From IMG/VR virus record IMGVR_UViG_3300047469_000103, positions 236,332 through 300,331 of that record: 64,000 nucleotides of DNA. One strand, given 5' to 3'. The stretch comes from a virus. Taxonomy: Duplodnaviria > Caudoviricetes. The notes beneath the pieces are model-generated. The model saw nothing but the letters and a program-made list of their open reading frames with translations, had not been told where the DNA came from and did no database searches. A program made the translations under genes and the position numbers. Shown here in pieces: positions 46,135 to 55,303 of this stretch (its first letter is position 1; each line of letters opens with the position of its first letter).

Positions 46135-47904
46135 ATGACTAACTACGTCGGCAAAACCATCAACGTAAACCACGGCGCTAAAAAAGGCGTCGTTAAAGAA
46201 ACCGTCGTTAAGCAATTGAAGAACGGCACCATTCGTACTGGCGACGGAACAGAATTCCACGCTGACGAAATCTACAACAAAGGCCGTGGCGTTTTTGTTG
46301 ACGTGAAAGGCGGCGCTACTAAAAAGCCTGCTGCCGTCGCTGCTGACAATTCCCGCAAAGCTCCAACTGCAAAACCTGCTGCTGCGCCAGCGCCTGCCGC
46401 TCGTGTTGCATCTGCTGTAACCGCCGAAGAACTGGAAGGCGCGAAAGTAAACGGTTCCCGTGTTGAACGCGTTCTGAAAAAGGCCGGGAAAGTAAAACTG
46501 GAAGACGGCACCACCGTTGAACTGTCGAGCATCGTTCGTAAAGGTCGCGGTTATGTTTCCGATTCGGCAGTAATGCCAGAAGAAACCAAACCAGCCGGTA
46601 AAACCGCTGGCGCAAAACCTTCTGCAAAAGGCGGCGCGGTTCCAAAAGTGAAAGCGGCAACTTTCGACAGCGCCACCTTTGGCCCTGCTGGCGAATACAC
46701 CACCAAAGACGTGCGCCATCAAATCGTCGATATCGACGGCGAAGAAAGCACCGTTGAAAAAGTATTCACTTCCGGTCGTTGCGTAACTGACGACGGTTCT
46801 GAATTCAACGTCTCCGAAGTGCGTACCCGTCTCGACGGCACCTTCTGCGTTTACTCGGAAGAGTACATTGTGGAATTGCAAGAATTGTGGGAAGCGACTC
46901 AAGCGCCGAAAGCCGCAGCGCCGAAAGCCACCGCTGAAATCACCACAAAAGAAGTGAAGAACAAAAATATCGCAGTGGGTGATGTTACTCACGTGATCGT
47001 AAAAACCTTTTCGAGCGGCAACGTTGAAACCGACCACGGTTTTAAATTCACCGTTAAAGATATCGCCCGCAAAGGTCGTGGCTATATCTACACCGGCGAA
47101 ATGCCAACCAAAAAAGGCGGCGCACTTCCTAAAGCTCGCCCTGCACCAGAACCGCAATCGAAAGTTCTGAGCGTTTCCGCTTTCGACGGCGACACTGCAA
47201 AAGACGTTCGCGATTTGTTGAACGTTGCAGTTCGTAACGCAATCGTCACTGCTTACGATATCGACGTAGCTGGCGTGTTCGTTGCGTATGACGAAAACAT
47301 GCTGACTTTCCAAGTTAGCTTCGCAGCAACCGACGCCGATTTGGACGTGGTTAAAGCTGCTGTAGAAAAACAGCGCCATGAAAATTTCGCTGATTCCGAA
47401 GCCCGCGATTTCGAGCAACACGAACTGACCGACGCGCCAGTCGTAGAGCAAGAAGAGGAAGAGGAAGAAGAGGAAGAGGAAGAAGAAGAGCGCGAAGAAG
47501 AGGAAGAGGAAGAAGAAGAGGAAGAGGAAGAGCCAGAATTCGCCGTGCTGCAAAACGACGACGATTTCGACGCAATGCCTACCAACGTTTCTTTCCCTGC
47601 TGACACTTCGAAAGACGTAGCCGGTGCCGATGGCCGTCTGAAACGTCTTTTCCCAACCAAAAGCCTCACCGGTTACGCTGAAGCGTGGTACGAATCGCAA
47701 GCGGCATTTGACGCGGTTGAATACGATATCGAACCGGGCAACACTTTGACTGTCGAAGGTCAGGAATATGTTTTGGTCGGCATTAAAGAACAGAAAATCG
47801 ACGGCGTACTGCAAGCCGCTCCTTTCCTCGTTCACGCAACCAAAATGCAATTCCGCCCTGACGTAACTTTCGACATGCTGAAAGAATGGGTTGCTGCGCA
47901 GTAA
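46135..47904 (+). CDS. multidomain protein: four beta-rich ~45-aa repeats, K/A/P linkers, poly-Glu tract
   Basis: Start MTNYVG after GGAGAG; repeats ending in (R/N)KGRG; E-run near 47450-47530. Confidence 0.8.
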   Translation: MTNYVGKTINVNHGAKKGVVKETVVKQLKNGTIRTGDGTEFHADEIYNKGRGVFVDVKGGATKKPAAVAADNSRKAPTAKPAAAPAPAARVASAVTAEELEGAKVNGSRVERVLKKAGKVKLEDGTTVELSSIVRKGRGYVSDSAVMPEETKPAGKTAGAKPSAKGGAVPKVKAATFDSATFGPAGEYTTKDVRHQIVDIDGEESTVEKVFTSGRCVTDDGSEFNVSEVRTRLDGTFCVYSEEYIVELQELWEATQAPKAAAPKATAEITTKEVKNKNIAVGDVTHVIVKTFSSGNVETDHGFKFTVKDIARKGRGYIYTGEMPTKKGGALPKARPAPEPQSKVLSVSAFDGDTAKDVRDLLNVAVRNAIVTAYDIDVAGVFVAYDENMLTFQVSFAATDADLDVVKAAVEKQRHENFADSEARDFEQHELTDAPVVEQEEEEEEEEEEEEEREEEEEEEEEEEEEPEFAVLQNDDDFDAMPTNVSFPADTSKDVAGADGRLKRLFPTKSLTGYAEAWYESQAAFDAVEYDIEPGNTLTVEGQEYVLVGIKEQKIDGVLQAAPFLVHATKMQFRPDVTFDMLKEWVAAQ

Positions 47905-47979
47905 TTTCAGCGCTCATTAATTAAATCACTGGCGGGGGCATACCTCCGCCTAAGTAAAAATCGCTAGGAGAATCACACC

Positions 47980-49290
47980 ATGAACTTTTTCACTACTCTG
48001 CGTGCTGCTGCCGTTTCGCAATGCCAAGGCTTTTTCTATGGCCTGCTGTTGAACGCGCTGAAAACCGAACCGGAAGAAATCGTCGATTGGGTTTTGGTTG
48101 ACCCGGCAGAATACGATATCGACGAATCCGAAAATCATCCGCCGATTCTGATGAAACGCGTTGCGCTTCCGATGTTCGCAATTATCAACCCGGAAGAGCA
48201 GGAACAATACGCCACCAACGCCGCTACGGAAATCGAAGAAGCGTATGGCGTGAACATCGGTCTGTTTGTCGATGGCAGCGCCGGGGAAATCATCACGTAC
48301 ATTTCCAATTTCCCGGTTGACGTAAATCGCACTCGCGAATTGTTCAACGACGAAGAAGACGAAGAAGAAGGTTTGCCGTCTCACGCCGAAGTCGGTCAAT
48401 CGCTCGCGCTGCTGGAAGACGACGATATTCAATTCCTGAATTTCGTTCGTACCACGCAAGGCGAACAAATCTTCAACGATATTACTTTCGACGAAGACGA
48501 CGAAACCGCGCTGCGTGAATTCTTCATGGGCAACGAAAGCGCCGATGAACTGGAAATCACCAACGATTGCCTCGACGCGCTGCGTAACGAATACGACGCC
48601 GAAGAAGAGGAAGAGGAAGAAGAGGAAGAAGAGGAAGAAACCGACGACGCAGAAAATGCAGCCGGTAAAACTCCGCTGACTCTGGTTCCGCAAATTCCTG
48701 CGCCGGTTGTTGCTGACGATTTCGAACCGGAAGCGCTGGATGACTTCGAAGCAGAAGCGCCAGTAATTGCCGAAGGTGAAAAAACCGAAGCCGTTTCGGA
48801 TGTTGATTTGGCGTCTGATGATTTCGAAGCAGAACAACGCAACGAATCCGAACAGGCCGACGAAGAAGCCGAACAGGATGCCGCTATCGGCGCCCCGGAC
48901 AACGCGCACGAAGAATCGTTTATCGACGATCAAGGGCAAGCCGTACCTGCCGTTGCAACCGCCCCAGCGCCCGTACAAGCTGCGCCAGCCGAAACCGTGG
49001 CAGAAACCCCGGAACTTACCAAAGCGCGCTTTAACCGCACGCTGGAAGACTTCGCGGCCAAGCTGCCTACCGATACCATTTCCGAACTGGGCGACGGTGA
49101 AGTAACCGTGATGCTTTCCCGGTCGGTCGAAGGTGTGAACAAGGATTACGTTTTGCGCGTAAAAATTGAACACGAAAACTTCGCCGGTATCAAAATGATG
49201 GACGTGTTCTATCTGTTCGACGAAGCTGGTCTGCAACTGTTGCGCGCAACCAACGTCAACGCCGTACTCGACGCAATCGCCGCGCTGTAA
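47980..49290 (+). CDS. highly acidic hypothetical protein
   Basis: 436 aa, D/E-rich with poly-E tract; AGGAG RBS. Confidence 0.8.
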   Translation: MNFFTTLRAAAVSQCQGFFYGLLLNALKTEPEEIVDWVLVDPAEYDIDESENHPPILMKRVALPMFAIINPEEQEQYATNAATEIEEAYGVNIGLFVDGSAGEIITYISNFPVDVNRTRELFNDEEDEEEGLPSHAEVGQSLALLEDDDIQFLNFVRTTQGEQIFNDITFDEDDETALREFFMGNESADELEITNDCLDALRNEYDAEEEEEEEEEEEEETDDAENAAGKTPLTLVPQIPAPVVADDFEPEALDDFEAEAPVIAEGEKTEAVSDVDLASDDFEAEQRNESEQADEEAEQDAAIGAPDNAHEESFIDDQGQAVPAVATAPAPVQAAPAETVAETPELTKARFNRTLEDFAAKLPTDTISELGDGEVTVMLSRSVEGVNKDYVLRVKIEHENFAGIKMMDVFYLFDEAGLQLLRATNVNAVLDAIAAL

Positions 49291-49303
49291 TTATTTACGC
49301 AAC

Positions 49304-49336
49304 GGGGAAGGGTGCCTAGCGCCCCTCCCCATTTTT
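49304..49336 (+). terminator. intrinsic terminator
   Basis: GGGGAAGGGTGC-CTA-GCGCCCCTCCCC-ATTTTT. Confidence 0.75.
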
Positions 49337-49354
49337 GCATTCAGAGGATTTAAA

Positions 49355-49828
49355 ATGAATTCGCTCACTCGCTCGCAGAAAATCGAAAACCTCGATTTGC
49401 TTTTGAACCTTGTCATTGGTGATGCTGAAAAGCTCGCAATGAGCAAGCAAGAATCTTTTTCGGTTGCCACGCAATACACCTCCCTAATCGGGCCGAATAT
49501 CACAATCACCACTCCGCAATACACGGGCGTTATCACCGTGGATTTCGAAGGCAGCGTGGTGCGTTTTGATACCTACGGTTTCCGTCACCGTTTCGCGGAT
49601 AATAACGCGTTCCTCACGTTCTTCATGAAAACCCTCGAAAGTCCTTTGCACGCATGCCACAAGCTGGCCGGTGAAATCGGCGGCAAGACAATGGGCAACA
49701 ACGTTATTCTGCAAAAAGAAAACGTCGCCTATTTCATCACCGAGATTCCCGGCGGTTTTGAAATGAAATTCTCCAACCAGAAAATCATGTCGTCGTTTGA
49801 CGATATCGTCGGCCTGTTGGGAGCGTAA
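49355..49828 (+). CDS. hypothetical protein
   Basis: 157-aa ORF with GAGGA RBS. Confidence 0.75.
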   Translation: MNSLTRSQKIENLDLLLNLVIGDAEKLAMSKQESFSVATQYTSLIGPNITITTPQYTGVITVDFEGSVVRFDTYGFRHRFADNNAFLTFFMKTLESPLHACHKLAGEIGGKTMGNNVILQKENVAYFITEIPGGFEMKFSNQKIMSSFDDIVGLLGA

Positions 49829-49831
49829 GAA

Positions 49832-50104
49832 ATGGAGCCAGTGCGTTTTGCGGAAACACTGATTGGATTTCTTCAACATGATGAAATTGCAATTGTGGAT
49901 AACGCGCTGGATTTGCCGATTGCTGAAGCGGCCACGCGCATACTGGAAATTCTGGCAATGCGTCCAGACGGTAGCGACGTGGCCGTTGCCGTTACTAATG
50001 GCGACACGCTTCTGATTTATCGTAAATCCTGTGCCGACAAATATCAGGAATTCATTTCCGACGTTACAGACCTGAGCGAGCGCGACCATGCAGATGCTGA
50101 ATAG
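49832..50104 (+). CDS. hypothetical protein
   Basis: 90-aa ORF. Confidence 0.65.
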   Translation: MEPVRFAETLIGFLQHDEIAIVDNALDLPIAEAATRILEILAMRPDGSDVAVAVTNGDTLLIYRKSCADKYQEFISDVTDLSERDHADAE

Positions 50105-51377
50105 CACCATTCACCGGCTGTACGAAAAGGGTTTCATTAAACTTTGCGACCCGACACAATTTATCAATTCGTACACGTATGAGTTTATGGGCCGGATTAC
50201 GACCCAGCGTATTACGGTTGATCCGCGCATGAAAAAAGTAGACCTGATCCGAATCGTTGATGCGGCCTGCAATGGCAGCATGGAAAACATGGTTACGCTT
50301 GCCATGCTGTATAACGTTGGCTACGGCGTTCCGTATGACGCAAGGCTGGCCGACGCATGGGCGCACCATGCAACGCTTGTTAAGGCCGCTGTAGGCTTTG
50401 AGGCGTGCTGTAAGGCGGCGAAGCAATCAGCCTTCGACAATCCGCCCGAGATTTACCCTAACAGTCTCGTGTTCCCTTGTCTGGCAATCATCGACCAGAT
50501 ACACGACCACAAACACGAAGACAAATTGCGCACCGGCACTTATGTAATGCCGCGCCTTGATGGCATTCGTGTTTATTTGATTTACCGGCACAATCCCGGC
50601 ACCGTTCCGCATTTGTACGCGGGATTCTATCGCGACGGCGAAGACACATTTATTGCGCTCGACAAATTAATCGAGTTGGGCGCCCCGCGTTATTTCGGAG
50701 AGATTCGCGGCAACGTTGTTATCAACGAATATACGCCGTTTGGTGAAAACACCATGTACGTCGTTGCAGGTACGATTTACGTTCCTGAATCGAAAGGCGG
50801 TTCCGCATTAACGGTCGATACATTCCACGAATTTTTGGCAAACAATCATCCGCCATTAACGCGTGACAAGTTCGACACCGATGCAGACGTGACCGAACTG
50901 GAAGCACTTGAGAAAACTGTAAACAGACTCAAGCGAATCCAACAACGCTTCACGGATTTGAGTAAACCAATTCCGGCAGAGCAACGCGCTGAATTACGCT
51001 CGGCAGAAACTCGCTACGCTGACTTGGCAAACGCATTAAAGGCGGCAGACCCACAAGCGGAATACGAAGCCTATATTGCATCGCTGCCTAAATCCCGGCT
51101 GCGCTTTGTAATGCACGAGCTTTACCGCTGGAACCGTGACGGATTAAAGACGGTTAAAATGAGTCGCATTATGCAGACGCATTTGCAATCGTTGGGATTC
51201 ACCAGTTTGATGCACGCAGCGCTTGAAACCGTTGGTTGGGTAGCCGACCACGAAGACGTGCCGAAAACTGTAAAGATGTTTGAGAAGACATTAGACGCAA
51301 AGGTTAACGCCTTAATCATTCAGCCAAGCACAGACGCGACCGTTCGCTTTGTGGACGTAACGAGGATTGACGTATGA
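50088..51377 (+). CDS. Sel1-repeat + degenerate DNA-ligase adenylation-domain protein
   Basis: LAMLYNVGYGVPYDARLADAW (Sel1); MPRLDGIR where KxDGxR is expected; no OB-fold or BRCT. Confidence 0.6.
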   Translation: MQMLNSTIHRLYEKGFIKLCDPTQFINSYTYEFMGRITTQRITVDPRMKKVDLIRIVDAACNGSMENMVTLAMLYNVGYGVPYDARLADAWAHHATLVKAAVGFEACCKAAKQSAFDNPPEIYPNSLVFPCLAIIDQIHDHKHEDKLRTGTYVMPRLDGIRVYLIYRHNPGTVPHLYAGFYRDGEDTFIALDKLIELGAPRYFGEIRGNVVINEYTPFGENTMYVVAGTIYVPESKGGSALTVDTFHEFLANNHPPLTRDKFDTDADVTELEALEKTVNRLKRIQQRFTDLSKPIPAEQRAELRSAETRYADLANALKAADPQAEYEAYIASLPKSRLRFVMHELYRWNRDGLKTVKMSRIMQTHLQSLGFTSLMHAALETVGWVADHEDVPKTVKMFEKTLDAKVNALIIQPSTDATVRFVDVTRIDV

Positions 51378-52249
51378 GTAACGATATTTCTTACGAAGCT
51401 AAACAAACTCAGCAATTGCATTCGGAACAAGTTGAAATCGGCGTTGCGCACGAACCAGAAAATACCGTGCGCACCCGTCACAACATTCCAGCCGCATTGG
51501 AAATTAATTCGGAATACCCTATTCGCTTCACGCCACGCGTTGAAGTGTATTTGGGCGCCATCTGCAATACTGTAAATGATGTTGTAGAAGCGCACCCGAT
51601 TGTAACTGATCCACTCGATAACCCAATCAGTTTGCTTCGCCCTTTGTCTCGTGCAAAGGTCGGCATTGCAATTGAACCGATGGAAAAGCTTTACGAATTC
51701 CTGTCGGATATTACGCAGCATAATTATTTGCTGCTGGCTGCCGATGATGCGGCCATCCATGATCGACTCACTACCACGGTTGAAAGCATTCATGCGCAAC
51801 TGTTGGAACATTTCGGCGGCGATCCGCTGGAACAAGAAGGTATGGAATTCTCCATTGCCCGACGCGATTTCTTTACCACTACGGTTTCTTTTGAAGTCGT
51901 AGAAACCACCGTCGGTTTGCAAACTGTAAATGACATTCAACTGATCGTTAGTGTTTACATTCACGCGGGCAGCTTGACTAGCCTGAAGACCGACATTGCG
52001 GAAATGGCGAATACTGTAAAGACACAGTACCGCACCGTAATTCGTAACTTCGCACGGGCTAGCGGAATTGATACACAACTGAGCGTTGTTTTTGACGCTA
52101 GTAATTTCTCTGTACGCCCTAGCGTTCTGAACCTGTTCAACGCATTGATTCAAATCAGTGAAGGTAAAGTCGCTGTCGTACAAAACGAAACTCACCTACC
52201 CGACGAAGCTAACATCGTCGTTAGCCTCGACATTAATTCGAAAGGATAG
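51374..52249 (+). CDS. hypothetical protein
   Basis: 291-aa ORF. Confidence 0.75.
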   Translation: MSNDISYEAKQTQQLHSEQVEIGVAHEPENTVRTRHNIPAALEINSEYPIRFTPRVEVYLGAICNTVNDVVEAHPIVTDPLDNPISLLRPLSRAKVGIAIEPMEKLYEFLSDITQHNYLLLAADDAAIHDRLTTTVESIHAQLLEHFGGDPLEQEGMEFSIARRDFFTTTVSFEVVETTVGLQTVNDIQLIVSVYIHAGSLTSLKTDIAEMANTVKTQYRTVIRNFARASGIDTQLSVVFDASNFSVRPSVLNLFNALIQISEGKVAVVQNETHLPDEANIVVSLDINSKG

Positions 52250-52255
52250 AAACAA

Positions 52256-52825
52256 ATGGCCAAGCCAGAAAAAAGCAGCAAAAAATCGTCCGCTCCACGT
52301 ACCAAAGTTTCGCGTCTGACTAAAGTCGAACGCAAGCTGACTGGCACCAGCGCCAAGACTCCTTTCAGCATGAAATCCGCACAGTTCACCGTGACCGGTT
52401 ACATGCAACAGCCTGTAGAAATTCCGGGCTACCTGATCGAACGTAGCGCCACGCATATTGTGTTCCGCCACAAGGCCACCAGCGCATCGAAGAAAATGGT
52501 TGTATCGGTTTTCCCGGTCGGCCAAGTTCTGGATCATTTGGGCGACGAGAAAGGCGGTTCCGTTACCGTTCTTCAGCGCAAAGCTTTCACCAGCGCAACC
52601 GGCACCCTGAAATTCAGCGGTAACGATATCATCGTCAAAAATGCTGACGGCGAAATCACCACCTTCTCGCAGAACGATATCGCTCAATACGAAGTGAAAG
52701 CGTTCGATCTGGAAGGCAGCCAAGCTTCGGGCCGTGGCGTTAAATCGTCTTCCGAAAAAGAAGGCAAGAAGTCTTCGAAAGTTACCAACATCAAAGACGG
52801 CGCGAAGAAAAAAGTAAAAAAGTAA
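52256..52825 (+). CDS. basic hypothetical protein with beta-rich core and K/S-rich tails
   Basis: 189-aa ORF with high-expression codons. Confidence 0.8.
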   Translation: MAKPEKSSKKSSAPRTKVSRLTKVERKLTGTSAKTPFSMKSAQFTVTGYMQQPVEIPGYLIERSATHIVFRHKATSASKKMVVSVFPVGQVLDHLGDEKGGSVTVLQRKAFTSATGTLKFSGNDIIVKNADGEITTFSQNDIAQYEVKAFDLEGSQASGRGVKSSSEKEGKKSSKVTNIKDGAKKKVKK

Positions 52826-52868
52826 CAAACACGCGGTACGTCGGGGACTTCTAACGGAGTCCTCGCAT

Positions 52869-52948
52869 ACTGTAAAGGTTACTTGCAACACAGCGTCAAC
52901 GGATACTGTAAATATGTTGGGTAATCACCTGACATAGAAAACTGTAAA
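52869..52948 (+). promoter_or_regulatory. three ACTGTAAA motifs at exact 36-nt period
   Basis: Copies start at 52869, 52905 and 52941, upstream of the poly-Glu gene and just after hairpin 52843-52864. Confidence 0.6.
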
Positions 52949-52995
52949 CAATCATCAGCGACAAACACTTACTTATTGATCTGGAGTTTTACATC

Positions 52996-53523
52996 ATGGC
53001 TGCTAAAAAATCCCCTGCTAAAAAATCCGCTCCTGCCAAGAAATCCAAGAAGCGCGAAATTCCACAAATCAGCGAAGCCGTGCTGAACCTGCTGAACCTC
53101 GACATTCTGTCGCAAGTTCTTCTCGCCTTCGACAAAGAAGGTTTCGAAACCATCGAAGACGTTCTCGGCGCCATTTCGCAACTGAGCGAAGAGGCTGAAG
53201 AAGAGGAAGAGGAAGAAGAGGAAGAAGAGGAAGAGGAAGAGGAAGAGGAAGAGGAAGAGGAAGAAGAGGAAGAAGAGGAAGAGGAAGAGGAAGAGGAAGA
53301 GGAAGAAGAGGAAGAAGAGGAAGAGGAAGAAGAGGAAGAGGAAGAGGAAGAAGAGGAAGAAGAGGAAGAGGAAGAAGAGGAAGAAGAGGAAGAGGAAGAA
53401 GAGGAAGAAGAGGAAGAAGAGGAAGAAGAGGAAGAGGAAGAGGAAGAGGAAGAGGAAGAGGAAGAGGAAGAGGAAGAGGAAGAGGAAGAAGAGGAAGAGG
53501 AAGAAGACGAAGACGACGAATAA
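52996..53523 (+). CDS. poly-glutamate protein (K-rich N-terminus, short helix, 103 consecutive Glu)
   Basis: GGAG RBS; E-run codons 53197-53505. Confidence 0.85.
   Translation: MAAKKSPAKKSAPAKKSKKREIPQISEAVLNLLNLDILSQVLLAFDKEGFETIEDVLGAISQLSEEAEEEEEEEEEEEEEEEEEEEEEEEEEEEEEEEEEEEEEEEEEEEEEEEEEEEEEEEEEEEEEEEEEEEEEEEEEEEEEEEEEEEEEEEEEEEEEEEEEEEEEEEDEDDE
53197..53505 (+). repeat. (GAA/GAG)n trinucleotide tract
   Basis: 309 nt of mixed GAA/GAG codons. Confidence 0.95.
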
Positions 53524-53660
53524 TCGTCTGCCCTCCGGCACCAACCTCGCTCTAATCTGATTCACAAAAACCCTTCGCGATTTCCCTTTTGATTCTCGCG
53601 AATTCTTAACCCGGTGCATGGTGTGCCGGGTTACTTAAAAAATACAGGAACATTTTCATC

Positions 53661-54281
53661 ATGGCTAAGAACGACGTAACCATCAACGGCAAAGCTGAAA
53701 TCACCCGTCTGCGTAAACAGCAGAAGTCGCTGGAAAAAGCTACCAAAGCTCAAGAAAATTCGCTGGAAGTTCTGCAATCGCAGACCGCCGAAGTGAACGC
53801 CCAAATCGAAGCCCTCGATTCGCAAATGAGCGGCGAGCCGGTGAAAGCTGCCAAAGGTAAAGGCAAAGCCAAGGCCGACGACAAGCCAGCCAAAGGCGGC
53901 AAGAAAGGCGCTGCCAAAGCTGAAGAAAAACCAGCCAAAGGCAAAGGCAAAAAAGCTTCGAAAGACGAAGACGATGCCCCGGCCAAAGGCAAAGGCAAGA
54001 AAGCTTCGAAAGAAGAAGTGAAGCCAGCCAAGAAAGCCAAGAAAGCCAAAGACGAAGACGACGCCCCAAAGGCCAAGAAATCGAAAAAGGCTGACAAAGA
54101 CGAAGCCCCGGCCAAGAAAAAGAAATCCAAGGACGTAGCTGAAGACGCTCCGAAGAAAAAGAAGAAGTCGAAAGACTCCGACGAAAAAAGCAGCAAGAAG
54201 TCCTCCAAGAAATCGGACAAGAAAGCTGACAAAACCAGCAGCAAGAAAGGCAAGAAAAAAGATTACGACTTCGAAGATTAA
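53661..54281 (+). CDS. Lys-rich histone-like protein with N-terminal coiled coil
   Basis: AKGKGKKASK and K/D blocks; ends KDYDFED. Confidence 0.8.
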   Translation: MAKNDVTINGKAEITRLRKQQKSLEKATKAQENSLEVLQSQTAEVNAQIEALDSQMSGEPVKAAKGKGKAKADDKPAKGGKKGAAKAEEKPAKGKGKKASKDEDDAPAKGKGKKASKEEVKPAKKAKKAKDEDDAPKAKKSKKADKDEAPAKKKKSKDVAEDAPKKKKKSKDSDEKSSKKSSKKSDKKADKTSSKKGKKKDYDFED

Positions 54282-54309
54282 TTTCGAAGCTGTGACCTGA
54301 GCTAAGAGG

Positions 54310-54332
54310 AAGGGGCCATAGTGCCCCTTTTT
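54310..54332 (+). terminator. intrinsic terminator
   Basis: AAGGGGC-CATAGT-GCCCCTT-TTT. Confidence 0.8.
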
Positions 54333-54336
54333 CTGT

Positions 54337-55098
54337 ATGCACTGGCTACATTCCCTCGACCAAATGGTCTATCGACTCGGTGCAGCGTGTTTTACTCAAA
54401 CGGAATTCGCACGCGTACTATACGAACTTCGCGAAGACCGAAAACATGCGATGGCTTCCGCTTTTGCTGAATCGTTGCGCAGCCAATCCAGACAGGAACA
54501 GTCGCGCAAAACTTTTGCAACAAAAGACGAAACGCCCACCAACACCCTACGCGCTAAAGCTGTCGTGATGGAAGACAGCGCACGCCATCTTATTGCTCGG
54601 CCTGCCTTCGAAGCGGCACGCATAGAGCTTCTAATGATTGAAACCTTATTGGCTGAAGTCGAGCCAGATGTACACGGTTCAATCCCCCTCGCTTTTCACG
54701 CATGTCAAAAAATCGAAAACACTCTAGCGGTTCTGTGGAAAGGTTTTGTCGAAACCAATACCTACACGCAGCTATCGTTCGATACGCGCTCTGACATGCT
54801 GTTGCGCGGCCTCACGCCCCCGAATTACACCGACGTGACCGACCGCGACACCTTCCTGCAAACCTTCAATCAAAGCCCGCACAAGTCTGTGACTTCAAAA
54901 GTCCTAGACCAACTTTATGCGCGCGCAATTCAGGTTTTGGAAATTTCACCACTTTTAATTTCGTACAAAGACGCTCTGTCTTTGGAGTTTTCCGATGAAA
55001 AGTTTCGCGGACTTATCCCAACAAGCATTGCAGTTTTCGAGCCAGTTAAAGACTGTAAAGGACTTGGCATGCCAGCACCAAATCCATCCGCACAATGA
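54337..55098 (+). CDS. hypothetical protein
   Basis: 253-aa ORF. Confidence 0.7.
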   Translation: MHWLHSLDQMVYRLGAACFTQTEFARVLYELREDRKHAMASAFAESLRSQSRQEQSRKTFATKDETPTNTLRAKAVVMEDSARHLIARPAFEAARIELLMIETLLAEVEPDVHGSIPLAFHACQKIENTLAVLWKGFVETNTYTQLSFDTRSDMLLRGLTPPNYTDVTDRDTFLQTFNQSPHKSVTSKVLDQLYARAIQVLEISPLLISYKDALSLEFSDEKFRGLIPTSIAVFEPVKDCKGLGMPAPNPSAQ

Positions 55099-55303
55099 AC
55101 ATGTTTTTACTTTCATCGCGACCCTAGACACAAACGGGGAAACGCCGGTGATGGCTTACAACGTGACGTGCGATAACACACCCATTTACGCGCTATCCGA
55201 ATTACCTCCGACCGTGCTTGCTGCTTACGGAATTTTTGTAGGCCACGTCGAAGGATGGAAATACGGCGGGGAATTACATGAGTCGCTTAGACACGATGAT
55301 TAG
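54995..55303 (+). CDS. hypothetical protein (true start may be 55148/55151)
   Basis: Only frame filling 55098-55278. Confidence 0.4.
   Translation: MKSFADLSQQALQFSSQLKTVKDLACQHQIHPHNEHVFTFIATLDTNGETPVMAYNVTCDNTPIYALSELPPTVLAAYGIFVGHVEGWKYGGELHESLRHDD

Noticed and set aside
46102-47850. Very long antisense ORFs (also 37619-39013, 19153-20637, 3141-4424, 6593-7855, 47950-49236, 52969-53619)
   Set aside because: They are explained by codon bias: the sense genes avoid TTA, CTA and TCA, so the reverse frame lacks stops. Their translations are Phe-rich mirror sequences with no RBS context.
52869-52948. Mini CRISPR array (36-nt period)
   Set aside because: The shared part is only 8-10 nt and non-palindromic, and it is the same motif that is scattered through the window.
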